A DNA stretch of 59,022 bases from Crocinitomicaceae bacterium (lineage in GTDB: Bacteria > Bacteroidota > Bacteroidia > Flavobacteriales_D > Parvicellaceae). The notes beneath the pieces are model-generated. The model saw only the letters and a program-made list of their open reading frames with translations, was not told the origin of the DNA and did not search any database. Location of the stretch: positions 1 to 59,022 of the forward strand of contig JABJPZ010000240.1 of assembly GCA_018663635.1 (NCBI GenBank), given 5' to 3'. Below, piece by piece: positions 48,533-57,997 of the stretch. The translations under genes and the position numbers were made by a program. The first letter of the stretch is position 1. Every line of letters begins with the position of its first letter.

Positions 48533-48716
48533 ATTGCTAAAATATAGATACAAATAGTGTCTCAAGCTAATTCACTTTTAACCTTATACACAGAACAATG
48601 TTCAATTTTTAGCGAATAATCTGTATTATTACGGTTTAAGGTTGACTAAGGCTGACAAAATCATTTAAATTGATTTTGTAGCTATAAGAATACTATTTTA
48701 AATTAGGTTCAAATCA

Positions 48717-49568
48717 ATGAAGATTTATTCAATAAATACTGGATATTTTAAATTAGATGGCGGTGCTATGTTCGGTGTTGTACCTAAATCCATTTGGAGC
48801 AAAACTAACCCTAGCGACAGTAAAAATATGTGTGATTGGGCTCTCCGATGTATGCTAATCGAAGATGGCAAAAAACTTATCCTTATTGATTGCGGCATTG
48901 GCAACAAACAAAGTGATAAATTTTTTAGACACTATTACTTGTTTGGTGATGATTCATTGGATAAATCTCTAGCAAAACATGGCTTTGAGAGAAGTGATAT
49001 TACAGATGTAATTCTTACGCACTTGCACTTCGATCACTGCGGCGGGGCTATCTGCTGGAATGCCGATAAAACATTGCTAGAACCTGCATTTAAAAATGCA
49101 ACTTTCTGGAGTAATAAACATCATTGGAAATGGGCTACAGAGCCCAATCAAAGAGAAAAAGCATCTTTTCTAAGTGAAAATATTAAACCCATTGAGGAAA
49201 GTGGTCAATTAAAGCACGTCGTCAGAAGCGGCCGAATTACAGAAGAAGGCATACCCGGCATTAATTTCTTTTTTGCTGATGGCCATACAGAAAGTCAAAT
49301 GATTCCAATGATTAATTACAAAGGAAAAACCATCGCTTTTATGGCTGACCTTTTACCCAGTGTTGGTCACATTCCTCTCCCCTATGTCATGGGTTATGAC
49401 ACCAGACCACTTTTAACGTTAGATGAGAAAATAGAATTCTTAAATCTTGCCACAGAAAATGAGTTCATTTTATTTCTCGAACACGATCCCATTAACCAAT
49501 GCTGCACTGTAAAACAAACAGAAAAAGGTGTGCGTTTAGACAGCACTTTTTCCATTGACGACATCTAA
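48717..49568 (+). CDS. MBL-fold metallo-hydrolase
   Basis: 283 aa with the HLHFDHCGG motif. Confidence 0.85.
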   Translation: MKIYSINTGYFKLDGGAMFGVVPKSIWSKTNPSDSKNMCDWALRCMLIEDGKKLILIDCGIGNKQSDKFFRHYYLFGDDSLDKSLAKHGFERSDITDVILTHLHFDHCGGAICWNADKTLLEPAFKNATFWSNKHHWKWATEPNQREKASFLSENIKPIEESGQLKHVVRSGRITEEGIPGINFFFADGHTESQMIPMINYKGKTIAFMADLLPSVGHIPLPYVMGYDTRPLLTLDEKIEFLNLATENEFILFLEHDPINQCCTVKQTEKGVRLDSTFSIDDI

Positions 49569-50462
49569 TTGAATCACCTTATTTCAATAGTAGGCCCGAC
49601 AGCCATTGGAAAAACCGAATTTGCGGTTAAAATAGCAAAGCAATTTAATTGCGAAATAATTTCGGCTGATTCGAGACAATTCTATAAAGAAATGTCGATT
49701 GGTACTGCGAAACCAACTGAAATTGAAATGAAAGGTATTCCCCACCACCTCATAGACTTTCTCTCTGTTGACGAGCCCTATTCTGTTGGTAAGTTTGAAC
49801 AGGATGTTTTAAGCCTTCTCGAACAGCTATATTCTACTAATAATGTAGCCATAATGACCGGTGGTTCTGGATTGTACATAAATGCTGTGCATAATGGAAT
49901 TGATGACATCCCTTCTAATGAATTGGTTCGCCAAGAGGTAATTTCTGAATACAAAAAAAAGGGTATTAAAATATTACAAGATGAACTAAAAAATAGAGAT
50001 CCTGCTCACTATAAGCTAATGGATATTGATAATCCACAAAGATTAATTCGAGCCGTTGAAGTTTGCCGATTAACAGGTAAGCCGTATTCATCTTTCAGAA
50101 CAAAACCTAAATTAATCAGGCCCTTTAATATTATTAAAATTGGTCTTTTTGAAGAACGGGAAATTATTTATGCTCGAATCAATCAAAGAGTAGATCAGAT
50201 GATTGAATACGGGCTTGTAGATGAAGTGAAAAATCTTCAAACAAAAATGAAATTAAATGCTCTTCAAACAGTTGGATACAGAGAGCTATTCGAGTTTTTT
50301 GAGGGCAAATGCAGCCTAGAAAAAGCTATTGATAAAATCAAGATAAACACACGAAGGTTTGCTAAACGGCAAATGACTTGGTTCAAAAAGGATACTGATA
50401 TACAGTGGTTTAATACTTCGAATCAAACTGATGTTGTAAAATTTATTAACGACGCCTTGTAA
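49569..50462 (+). CDS. miaA: tRNA dimethylallyltransferase
   Basis: 297 aa. Contains the P-loop GPTAIGKT, DSRQFYKEMSIGTAKP and RRFAKRQMTWF. TTG start immediately after the previous stop. Confidence 0.93.
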   Translation: MNHLISIVGPTAIGKTEFAVKIAKQFNCEIISADSRQFYKEMSIGTAKPTEIEMKGIPHHLIDFLSVDEPYSVGKFEQDVLSLLEQLYSTNNVAIMTGGSGLYINAVHNGIDDIPSNELVRQEVISEYKKKGIKILQDELKNRDPAHYKLMDIDNPQRLIRAVEVCRLTGKPYSSFRTKPKLIRPFNIIKIGLFEEREIIYARINQRVDQMIEYGLVDEVKNLQTKMKLNALQTVGYRELFEFFEGKCSLEKAIDKIKINTRRFAKRQMTWFKKDTDIQWFNTSNQTDVVKFINDAL

Positions 50463-50501
50463 AATTTCGTTGAAATTATTTTCAACTAATCATATTTCTG
50501 C

Positions 50502-51647
50502 ATGGTATTTATAACTTTGAGGTTCATGCTTAATTATCTTGTTTTATTCCTTTTTGCAATATCCATTGTTGGTTGCGTGGAGATCGAAAATCGGCCTAAC
50601 TTTAAAGATTGGCAAAAAGAAAACCTATCACAATCTTTAATCGGCTTAGAACCAAGATTAGATTCATTAGTTGTTAAATCCGACATATTAAATATCGATA
50701 CCATTTATCGATCTATGACAGGACCTTACAGCTCATTCACTCTTGTAGATTTATCGGATATCAAAGAAAAAGTGATTTGGCTGACTGGATACCAATGTAA
50801 AGTCTTTAATGCTAAGAATGACCAACAAATTTTGGACGACTATTTATGTCACAACAATTTGAATTATGGCGAGCCCGATTCATATCCATGGGACATCAAA
50901 ACTTTAGGAAGTGAAAAAAGAATTTTCACACTTACTGCTGGCCAAACACGTATTGCATTGCCCACGGGAACAGGAATACCAATTTATACACCAAATAATT
51001 TAGCATTCTTTTCTCAAGCTTTGAACCACAATACTTTTCCCATTAATATGGATACCTATCAAGAAATTACCATTTTCTTTTATTCAAACAAGCATGCACC
51101 TAATGAAATGAAAGCCCTTTATCCACAAACTCCATTCGTAACTACGCAAATCGGAGGACCAGAAGGTGGTTTTAACTCTCCTACTTCTGATTTGTACAGC
51201 CCAGTCCTAATTTGTGGAATTGATTCTAACAGCTCCTGTCACATCTCTTATCCTCCAAATGCAAAATACAACCCGTATGCTGATGATTACGGCAGAACAT
51301 ACACTGGACACTGGAAATTGAGTAAAAATGATGAAGTCTGGACTACCAATATCACCAACATGTTAAACCTGACTGAAAACGCTATCGCGATGGCTGCTGG
51401 AAGCCACATGCATCCATATGCTGAAAAATTAGAATTGTGGGACTTGTCTAAAAACCAAAAACTACATGAGCTTGGCGCATCGAATTATCAAAACAAAATA
51501 GGGTTGTCTACTATTGAATACACAAGTAAATTGAATATTTCTCTGAAAAAAAATCATCAATATGCCTTGCGCTCATACTACAATTGTAGCGATTCCACTA
51601 CTGGCCATACCGGTATGGCCAACATGTGTTTGTATATACAAGAATAA
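50502..51647 (+). CDS. hypothetical lipoprotein
   Basis: 381 aa. Lipobox-like LFAISIVGC is present. Contains SHMHPY and a C-terminal GMANMCLYIQE. No family assigned with confidence. Confidence 0.55.
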   Translation: MVFITLRFMLNYLVLFLFAISIVGCVEIENRPNFKDWQKENLSQSLIGLEPRLDSLVVKSDILNIDTIYRSMTGPYSSFTLVDLSDIKEKVIWLTGYQCKVFNAKNDQQILDDYLCHNNLNYGEPDSYPWDIKTLGSEKRIFTLTAGQTRIALPTGTGIPIYTPNNLAFFSQALNHNTFPINMDTYQEITIFFYSNKHAPNEMKALYPQTPFVTTQIGGPEGGFNSPTSDLYSPVLICGIDSNSSCHISYPPNAKYNPYADDYGRTYTGHWKLSKNDEVWTTNITNMLNLTENAIAMAAGSHMHPYAEKLELWDLSKNQKLHELGASNYQNKIGLSTIEYTSKLNISLKKNHQYALRSYYNCSDSTTGHTGMANMCLYIQE

Positions 51648-51655
51648 TGTCTAGG

Positions 51656-52729
51656 CTAATTAATGTTCTTTTTTTTGTGAAACTCTCGATTCCATTTTTG
51701 GTATTGTCTGGCATACACAAGATGCTGGTTATATGTTTTAGCAAAATTATGATAGCCCCCTGTCTCTGGTTTTGCACACATAAAAACGTAATCATGGCTG
51801 GCTGGGTTCAAAACACTGGTTATCGCTGATTTTTCGGGCAAATTAATTGGCCCTGGTGGTAGGCCATCGTTCAAGTACGTGTTGTATGGAGAGTTGATTT
51901 CCTTGTGTTCATTCTTAACCCATGTTATTGTGAAATCACCATGTGCAAATACCAAAGTAGGGTCGCTTTCCAAGCGCATACCTCTATTTAATCGATTCAG
52001 ATATAAGCCGGCAATTATCGGTTGTTCATCAATTTTTCTACTTTGTTCAGCTTGCACTAGTGATGCTAAAATAGAAATTTCACTTTGTGACAGGCCTAAT
52101 GATTTTGCTTTTGCTAAATTAGATTCAGTCCAGAACTTTTTATATTCTTGCGCCATGCGGTCGAACAATGCTGCAGCAGTAATATCGTACTTAACCCGAT
52201 ATGTATCTGGCAAGAACATAGTCATAATTGTCTCATCATTAAATCCATATTGACTGCAAAAATTTTGATCATACAAAAGCTCTTCGAACTCCTCTTCGGA
52301 CGCCGAGACAAAAGAACACAACCGCTCTGCAAGCTCCTTCTTTAATCGTACATGATTGAATGTAATTTCAACTTCTCCAAGGTTACGGCCAAGATACAAC
52401 TGGTTCACCAATGTTTTATTATCCCATTCTTTCTTTAGTAATTGAATCCCTGGAAGTAACCACTCATCACCTTTGTCTTTGTGCTTTATCACTTTATTGA
52501 AACTAACTTCATCTCGAATCCAACCGTTATTTTTCATATACACGCCCAGGTCTTTAAATTGAATCTTCTCTGAGATAAATATGCTTAACTGATCCGAATC
52601 ACCAGTGATGTTTTCTAAATTACCGGCTTTATAAAGAGTATAATAAGGGTACAAAAAAATCGAACTCAATGCGACTATACTAGTAATCATCAATACTAAA
52701 ATAGACCTTGTTCTTTTTGACTTTTTCAC
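51656..52729 (-). CDS. mltG: endolytic murein transglycosylase MltG (YceG-like)
   Basis: 357 aa with an N-terminal TM anchor. Contains ASLVQAE, YNTYLNDGLPPGPI and the C-terminal YHNFAKTYNQH. GTG start. Confidence 0.88.
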   Translation of the reverse strand: MKKSKRTRSILVLMITSIVALSSIFLYPYYTLYKAGNLENITGDSDQLSIFISEKIQFKDLGVYMKNNGWIRDEVSFNKVIKHKDKGDEWLLPGIQLLKKEWDNKTLVNQLYLGRNLGEVEITFNHVRLKKELAERLCSFVSASEEEFEELLYDQNFCSQYGFNDETIMTMFLPDTYRVKYDITAAALFDRMAQEYKKFWTESNLAKAKSLGLSQSEISILASLVQAEQSRKIDEQPIIAGLYLNRLNRGMRLESDPTLVFAHGDFTITWVKNEHKEINSPYNTYLNDGLPPGPINLPEKSAITSVLNPASHDYVFMCAKPETGGYHNFAKTYNQHLVYARQYQKWNREFHKKKNIN

Positions 52730-52744
52730 AATCTCGTTAAAACT

Positions 52745-53260
52745 TTATTCTTGATTCAATAAAAGCTGATAGAACATCACAGACTGATATCCATTTTGAC
52801 ATCTGATCCAATCTAATTTTTTACCCGTTGATATAAATCCCGCACCTTCAAATAGCCTTTTACTTATGGTGTTCTCTTCTATAATATTACAATAGAGCTG
52901 ATTAAGAAGAAGAATCTCTTTAGAATATTTAACAATTATTTGCAACGATTTTGATGCAATACCTTCTCTTCTATGCGAATTATCAAGCATAATCCCTACT
53001 CCCGCTCTTGCGTTCACAGGATCGTAATCAAAGAGCTCAATTGTACCTACGGGCTTATCCTTATGTGAAATAATAAAACGAATCTGACCATGAACTTGAA
53101 TATCTTGTGCAGAACTGATGTATTGCTGAAGCAATTCTTTAGAATAAGGAACCACTGTTTGGCTAACTCTCCAAATATTAATGTCATTTTCCCAATCATA
53201 CAAAAGGTCTATATGTTCAGGCTCTAGAGCCAGCAGTTTTATGTTACCTGCAATTAGCAT
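52745..53260 (-). CDS. GNAT family N-acetyltransferase (RimJ/RimL-like)
   Basis: 171 aa. RREGIASKSLQIIVKY is the acetyl-CoA binding motif A. The ATG directly abuts the upstream stop. Confidence 0.85.
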   Translation of the reverse strand: MLIAGNIKLLALEPEHIDLLYDWENDINIWRVSQTVVPYSKELLQQYISSAQDIQVHGQIRFIISHKDKPVGTIELFDYDPVNARAGVGIMLDNSHRREGIASKSLQIIVKYSKEILLLNQLYCNIIEENTISKRLFEGAGFISTGKKLDWIRCQNGYQSVMFYQLLLNQE

Positions 53261-53788
53261 TTAGCAAGTGCGTTGTATGTCCGAAATTCTAGTATAAATA
53301 TCGTCTAATGTGTATTCTTGTAGCTGAAAACTTCCTTCATCAATATGATCATCCAGATTTAAATGAAAAGTTTGCAATATCAATTCTTTTTCTTTGAGCT
53401 TTTTTATTAAATCAAATACAAAATTAACTCCCTCAACATTCATACGACATTCCCTTTCGAAAAAATCTTTTATCGGTAATAAACATGTAAATTCCCTGCC
53501 CAATACATTATCATAATTTTCGAAAATCATAGTTAAATTCTCTAAATTCGGGTCGTAATCAACTTTAATGAAAATAGTCTCTATTGACTTGCTTCTAATA
53601 ACTCTCCAGATTGGATTAATGTCTATATCAACTTGTGTTTCTGTAGCCGTTAGACTAAAATACTTTCTATTTGCAACTAGACCTAAGTGTGGTGGAATTC
53701 TGTTAGCATGAAATAGAACAATAAAGAAACCATCACTCAAGAACGATTCGTTCATTTCCGCTATATTGGTTAATCTTTCTCTATTCAT
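53261..53788 (-). CDS. hypothetical protein
   Basis: The ATG at 53788 overlaps the dapF 3' end by 8 nt; the track start at 53803 is TTG. It is tightly packed between dapF and the GNAT gene. Confidence 0.5.
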   Translation of the reverse strand: MNRERLTNIAEMNESFLSDGFFIVLFHANRIPPHLGLVANRKYFSLTATETQVDIDINPIWRVIRSKSIETIFIKVDYDPNLENLTMIFENYDNVLGREFTCLLPIKDFFERECRMNVEGVNFVFDLIKKLKEKELILQTFHLNLDDHIDEGSFQLQEYTLDDIYTRISDIQRTC

Positions 53789-54554
53789 TGATAACTCCTT
53801 CAAACACCTTTAATGCAGGACCAATTAAACTGATATTAGTATAATTCATTGGCCCAGTCTTTTCATATGAAACCTCTAGGGTTCCCCCCATCGTTTGAAT
53901 AAGAACTTCGTAAATCCCGAGATCTTCTCGAGCGGCACTTATAGCCACGGCCGTAACCCCAGTACCGCAACTGAGCGTTTCATCTTCTACCCCACGTTCA
54001 TAAGTTCGCACCAACAATCTATCTTCTCCTACTCCTACAAAATTCACATTAGTTCCAACCTCTTTAAATCGACTCGAATACCTTATTTCTTCTCCTTTTT
54101 TTACTACATCAACTGATTTTATGTCGTTGACATATTCTATGTAATGAGGCGAACCGGTGTCTATAAAGAAACATCCTTCTTCTTCTTCCACTAAATTAAC
54201 ATCTTTCATCCGCAAATGTACCAAGTCATTTTGGTCGATTTCTGCTGAGTGCATTCCATCAATTGCAACAAACGTTGCCTTTGAAGTAATTATTCCTATT
54301 GATTTGGCAAAAAGAACGGCACATCTACTCCCATTTCCACAAAAACTTTGAGATCCATCAGCATTGAAATAAATCATTTCAAAATCACACTCGGGATGAT
54401 CCACTATAAAAATCATACCATCAGCACCAATACCGAATTTTCTATCACACCATTTCCTAACAAACGCAGCGTTAGCATTAATTACTTCTCCTTCACGATT
54501 GTCAAAAACAATAAAATCGTTTCCAGTTCCTTGGTATTTATGAAATTTCATCAT
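53781..54554 (-). CDS. dapF: diaminopimelate epimerase
   Basis: MMKFHKYQGTGNDFIV start. The two catalytic Cys contexts, FCGNGSRC and LSCGTG, are present. The ATG at 54554 forms an ATGA overlap with the upstream gene stop. Confidence 0.92.
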   Translation of the reverse strand: MMKFHKYQGTGNDFIVFDNREGEVINANAAFVRKWCDRKFGIGADGMIFIVDHPECDFEMIYFNADGSQSFCGNGSRCAVLFAKSIGIITSKATFVAIDGMHSAEIDQNDLVHLRMKDVNLVEEEEGCFFIDTGSPHYIEYVNDIKSVDVVKKGEEIRYSSRFKEVGTNVNFVGVGEDRLLVRTYERGVEDETLSCGTGVTAVAISAAREDLGIYEVLIQTMGGTLEVSYEKTGPMNYTNISLIGPALKVFEGVINE

Positions 54555-55273
54555 GGTTTTGCAACAATACAAAGTTCTTTAAAATCAACAGTCTGTTCAA
54601 ATTGATAATTGGCTTCATTAGTTGTTAAAAAGATACACTCTTCGTCTGCATATACTTTAATCACCAATTCATTTATCAGTCCATATATCACCAATGTAGA
54701 TTTCGACATTTTATACCCTCGATAGTTCAGTGGTGATTTCCAAAGCTCTATTTTCAAAAACTCCACCGCAGGATCAGCCATTATATTTAAGGCCGATTTT
54801 AATGAATCAATCAAGACATTACTTGAATCAATTTCATTTTCCGAATCTGAGAACTCTATTTTAACCAACTCTGTCGACAACAACACATCTCGTTGCACAA
54901 CTATTTCTTCACCCCGTATATCAATAGAGTCAAGAACTAATTTTGCGGAATCAGCAAATATAATCGTATCACTAATTTGAAAATTACTTAAGCTATCTAC
55001 CCTTGATTTTAAGGATAGCAATGAGTCTGCTAATCGATCAATTTTACGATTCAACTGACTGCTGGCTATTTCTTCAGATTTCGAGACCGTTTCGGTTGCC
55101 AATTTTGGTTCAATAACTTCTGTTGGTTTAACAACTTTAGCTATATGTGCTGTTTTTAATGGTTGCTGATTGACTGCTTGTTTATCATAACCTGCTATCA
55201 ATAGGATGCCAACACCTATGCTAACTCCTAATAACAAAACCAGTATATATCTCAAAGCTTTCAACGTTAACAA
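54551..55273 (-). CDS. hypothetical membrane-anchored protein
   Basis: 240 aa with a TTG start and one N-terminal TM helix (ILVLLLGVSIGVGILLIAG). No motif recognised. Confidence 0.5.
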   Translation of the reverse strand: MLTLKALRYILVLLLGVSIGVGILLIAGYDKQAVNQQPLKTAHIAKVVKPTEVIEPKLATETVSKSEEIASSQLNRKIDRLADSLLSLKSRVDSLSNFQISDTIIFADSAKLVLDSIDIRGEEIVVQRDVLLSTELVKIEFSDSENEIDSSNVLIDSLKSALNIMADPAVEFLKIELWKSPLNYRGYKMSKSTLVIYGLINELVIKVYADEECIFLTTNEANYQFEQTVDFKELCIVAKP

Positions 55274-55404
55274 CTTTTAACAGCATAATAATGAAACAAG
55301 TCACTATTTCAAGCGTTATTCACTTAAGAACAAATTTAGCCAACTAAACAACAGTTTTGAACGGTTATGAATTTATTTTGAATAAAAAATAATTAGCAAC
55401 ATCA

Positions 55405-56886
55405 ATGAAAACATTAGGAAAGACAATTTTAGCAGGAATCATTGGAGGGGCAATGGTGGTATTTACAATGGCCATTTACAACGCTTTCGAGACAAATAAA
55501 AGCAATACTTCTTCTGAAAGAAAAAACATTATAGATCAGAACAGATCCGATGTTGAACCAATAAAAACAGTGAATATTCAAACTGGTTTCAATCCAGAAT
55601 TGGCGATGGATTTTACCTTTGCAGCAGAAATAACATTGAACACGGTCGTTCATGTCACTAACGAATTCACCCAAGAGTTCAGGCGAGATCCATTTTATGA
55701 ATTTTTTTATGGCCCAGGAGAAGGAAACAGAAAACAACAAGCAACTGGCTCTGGAGTCATTATTTCTGAAGACGGCTATATCGTTACCAATAATCACGTA
55801 ATCGATGACGCTGACAACATTCAAATCACTTTAGACAATGATAAAAGTTATAAAGCTAAGTTAGTTGGTGCTGACCCAAGTACAGATATCGCATTATTGA
55901 AAATTGAAGAAACGGGACTTCCATTTATTTCATTTGGGAATTCCGACAACGTCAGAATTGGCGAATGGGTTCTTGCCGTTGGCAATCCTTTCAACTTAAA
56001 TTCTACAGTTACCGCTGGAATTGTGAGTGCAAAAGCCAGGGACATTGATTTGTTGAAATACGATGAGAGTAAAGAGATATTTCCATTAGAATCATTTATT
56101 CAAACAGATGCCGCAGTCAACCCCGGTAATAGTGGTGGTGCCCTTGTTAACGTTCGGGGTGAATTAATCGGTATAAATACAGCCATTGCGTCAAGAACAG
56201 GCTCATATTCAGGTTATTCATTTGCAGTTCCTGCGGACATTGTAAAAAAAGTTACCGATGATTTATTAAAATTTGGATTGGTTCAGCGTGCGTTTATCGG
56301 AGTTGCATTGGCTGATATTAGCCAGGAAATTGCCAACGAAAAAGATTTAAATAACACAGATGGAGTTCTTGTAACAGGATTAATTACAGAAGGTGCCGCA
56401 GCCGACGCAGGTGTACAAGAGGGTGATGTTATTACAAAAATTGGATCATTAACTATTAATTCCGTTCCAGCACTACAAGAACAAGTTGGCAAATTCAGAC
56501 CTGGAGATAAAATTTCGTTAACAATTAAGAGAGGTTCTTCAGAAAAATTGATCCAACTAACCTTACGTAATAAAGAAGGTAAAACAAAAATGATGGACAA
56601 AGTTGAAATTAATAAGCTTACCGCTTTGGGAGCAACTTTTAAGAAAATCACTTCAGAAGACATGAGAATACTTAAAATCAAAAATGGAGTCAAAATAGCA
56701 ACAATTGGCCCAGGAAAATTACGAAGTGCGGGGATTAAGGAAGGAATTATCATTATCAAAGTAGATCAAAACCCTGTTTCGACTCCAGAAGATTTAGTAA
56801 ACCTTTTGAACTCAAAAAAAGGTGGAATCCTAATTGAAGGAATTACTGCTAATGGCGGAAAGGCTTATTTTGGATTCGGGTTATAA
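55405..56886 (+). CDS. htrA: periplasmic serine endoprotease, HtrA/DegP/DegQ family, two PDZ domains
   Basis: 493 aa. The catalytic triad contexts TNNHV, DIALLK and GNSGGALVN are present. Confidence 0.92.
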   Translation: MKTLGKTILAGIIGGAMVVFTMAIYNAFETNKSNTSSERKNIIDQNRSDVEPIKTVNIQTGFNPELAMDFTFAAEITLNTVVHVTNEFTQEFRRDPFYEFFYGPGEGNRKQQATGSGVIISEDGYIVTNNHVIDDADNIQITLDNDKSYKAKLVGADPSTDIALLKIEETGLPFISFGNSDNVRIGEWVLAVGNPFNLNSTVTAGIVSAKARDIDLLKYDESKEIFPLESFIQTDAAVNPGNSGGALVNVRGELIGINTAIASRTGSYSGYSFAVPADIVKKVTDDLLKFGLVQRAFIGVALADISQEIANEKDLNNTDGVLVTGLITEGAAADAGVQEGDVITKIGSLTINSVPALQEQVGKFRPGDKISLTIKRGSSEKLIQLTLRNKEGKTKMMDKVEINKLTALGATFKKITSEDMRILKIKNGVKIATIGPGKLRSAGIKEGIIIIKVDQNPVSTPEDLVNLLNSKKGGILIEGITANGGKAYFGFGL

Positions 56887-56991
56887 CCTTAATTACCGTT
56901 TCGATTAGGCTTACCTCTAAAATAGAAAATTAATGCTTAAAATTTTATTAACAACATGTTGAAAAACCATTTTCAAATTGCCTAAAAACAG

Positions 56992-57022
56992 TTGACTAGC
57001 ATTGGTAAATAATCTATGTTTG
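56992..57022 (+). promoter_or_regulatory. candidate rpoD promoter
   Basis: TTG (56992-56994), a 20-nt spacer, then TATGTTTG (57015-57022) followed by CACCC. It lies 51 nt upstream of the ATG. Confidence 0.5.
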
Positions 57023-57073
57023 CACCCTGTCAATATAGGCAGTTCCGTCACCTGAAAAAACCTGTGAAAGCGA

Positions 57074-57937
57074 ATGAGACAACTTAAAATCACGAAATCT
57101 ATAACCAATCGTGAAAGTGCATCTTTAGATAAATACTTACAAGAGATTGGCCGGGAAGATTTAATTACTGCTGAAGAAGAAGTTGTATTAGCAAAAAAAA
57201 TTAGGGAAGGCGATCAAATCGCTTTAGAGAAAATGACCAAAGCAAACCTGAGGTTTGTTGTTTCCGTAGCTAAGCAATATCAAAATCAAGGGTTAACTTT
57301 ACCAGATTTAATCAACGAAGGCAATTTAGGTCTAATAAAAGCTGCCCAAAGATTTGATGAAACAAGAGGGTTTAAATTTATCTCTTATGCTGTTTGGTGG
57401 ATTCGACAATCCATTCTGCAAGCCTTAGCAGAACAATCAAGAATTGTTAGATTACCATTAAATCAGGTAGGTTCCTTAAATAAAATCAACAAGGCTTTTG
57501 CCAAGCTAGAACAAGAGTACGAAAGGCCTCCTTCAGCTTCAGAAATGGCTAAAGCATTAGATCTTCCAGAAGGAAAAGTGGCAGACACATTAAAAGTATC
57601 TGGGCGTCATATATCCGTGGACGCTCCTTTTGTGGATGGAGAAAACAATTCATTATTGGATGTTCTGGTTAATTCTGATTCGCCAAAAGCTGATGTAGAT
57701 TTAATGCGAGAATCGTTGCAAAGAGAAATTGAAAGGTCATTAAGCACACTTACAGATAGAGAAAGAGACGTTATTCGCCTCTTTTTCGGGATCGGAATGC
57801 AGCACGGACTTACTTTGGAAGAAATCGGATCAAAATTTGACTTAACTCGTGAGCGCGTGCGTCAAATTAAAGAAAAAGCAATAAGAAGATTGAGGCACAC
57901 CTCAAGAAGCAAACTTTTAAAAACTTATTTAGGATAA
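57074..57937 (+). CDS. rpoD: primary RNA polymerase sigma factor, Bacteroidota short form
   Basis: 287 aa. [15 protein letters not shown]..., region 2.4 [13 protein letters not shown], and region 4.2 [24 protein letters not shown] are present. Confidence 0.92.
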   Translation: MRQLKITKSITNRESASLDKYLQEIGREDLITAEEEVVLAKKIREGDQIALEKMTKANLRFVVSVAKQYQNQGLTLPDLINEGNLGLIKAAQRFDETRGFKFISYAVWWIRQSILQALAEQSRIVRLPLNQVGSLNKINKAFAKLEQEYERPPSASEMAKALDLPEGKVADTLKVSGRHISVDAPFVDGENNSLLDVLVNSDSPKADVDLMRESLQREIERSLSTLTDRERDVIRLFFGIGMQHGLTLEEIGSKFDLTRERVRQIKEKAIRRLRHTSRSKLLKTYLG

Positions 57938-57997
57938 TTACATCTAAAAGTCAAAACAAGAGCAGCATGTTTTTGTTATTTAATCACTTCAATCTAA

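Noticed and set aside
48695-48716. GGTTCAAATCA resembling a tRNA T-loop just upstream of the MBL hydrolase gene
   Set aside because: No complementary T-stem, acceptor stem or anticodon arm can be drawn from the flanking sequence. I found no tRNA gene anywhere in the window.
51598-51829. Two overlapping 65-67-aa ORFs at the convergent junction of the lipoprotein gene and mltG
   Set aside because: Both overlap the 3' ends of much better supported genes. Both have hydrophobic, low-information translations.
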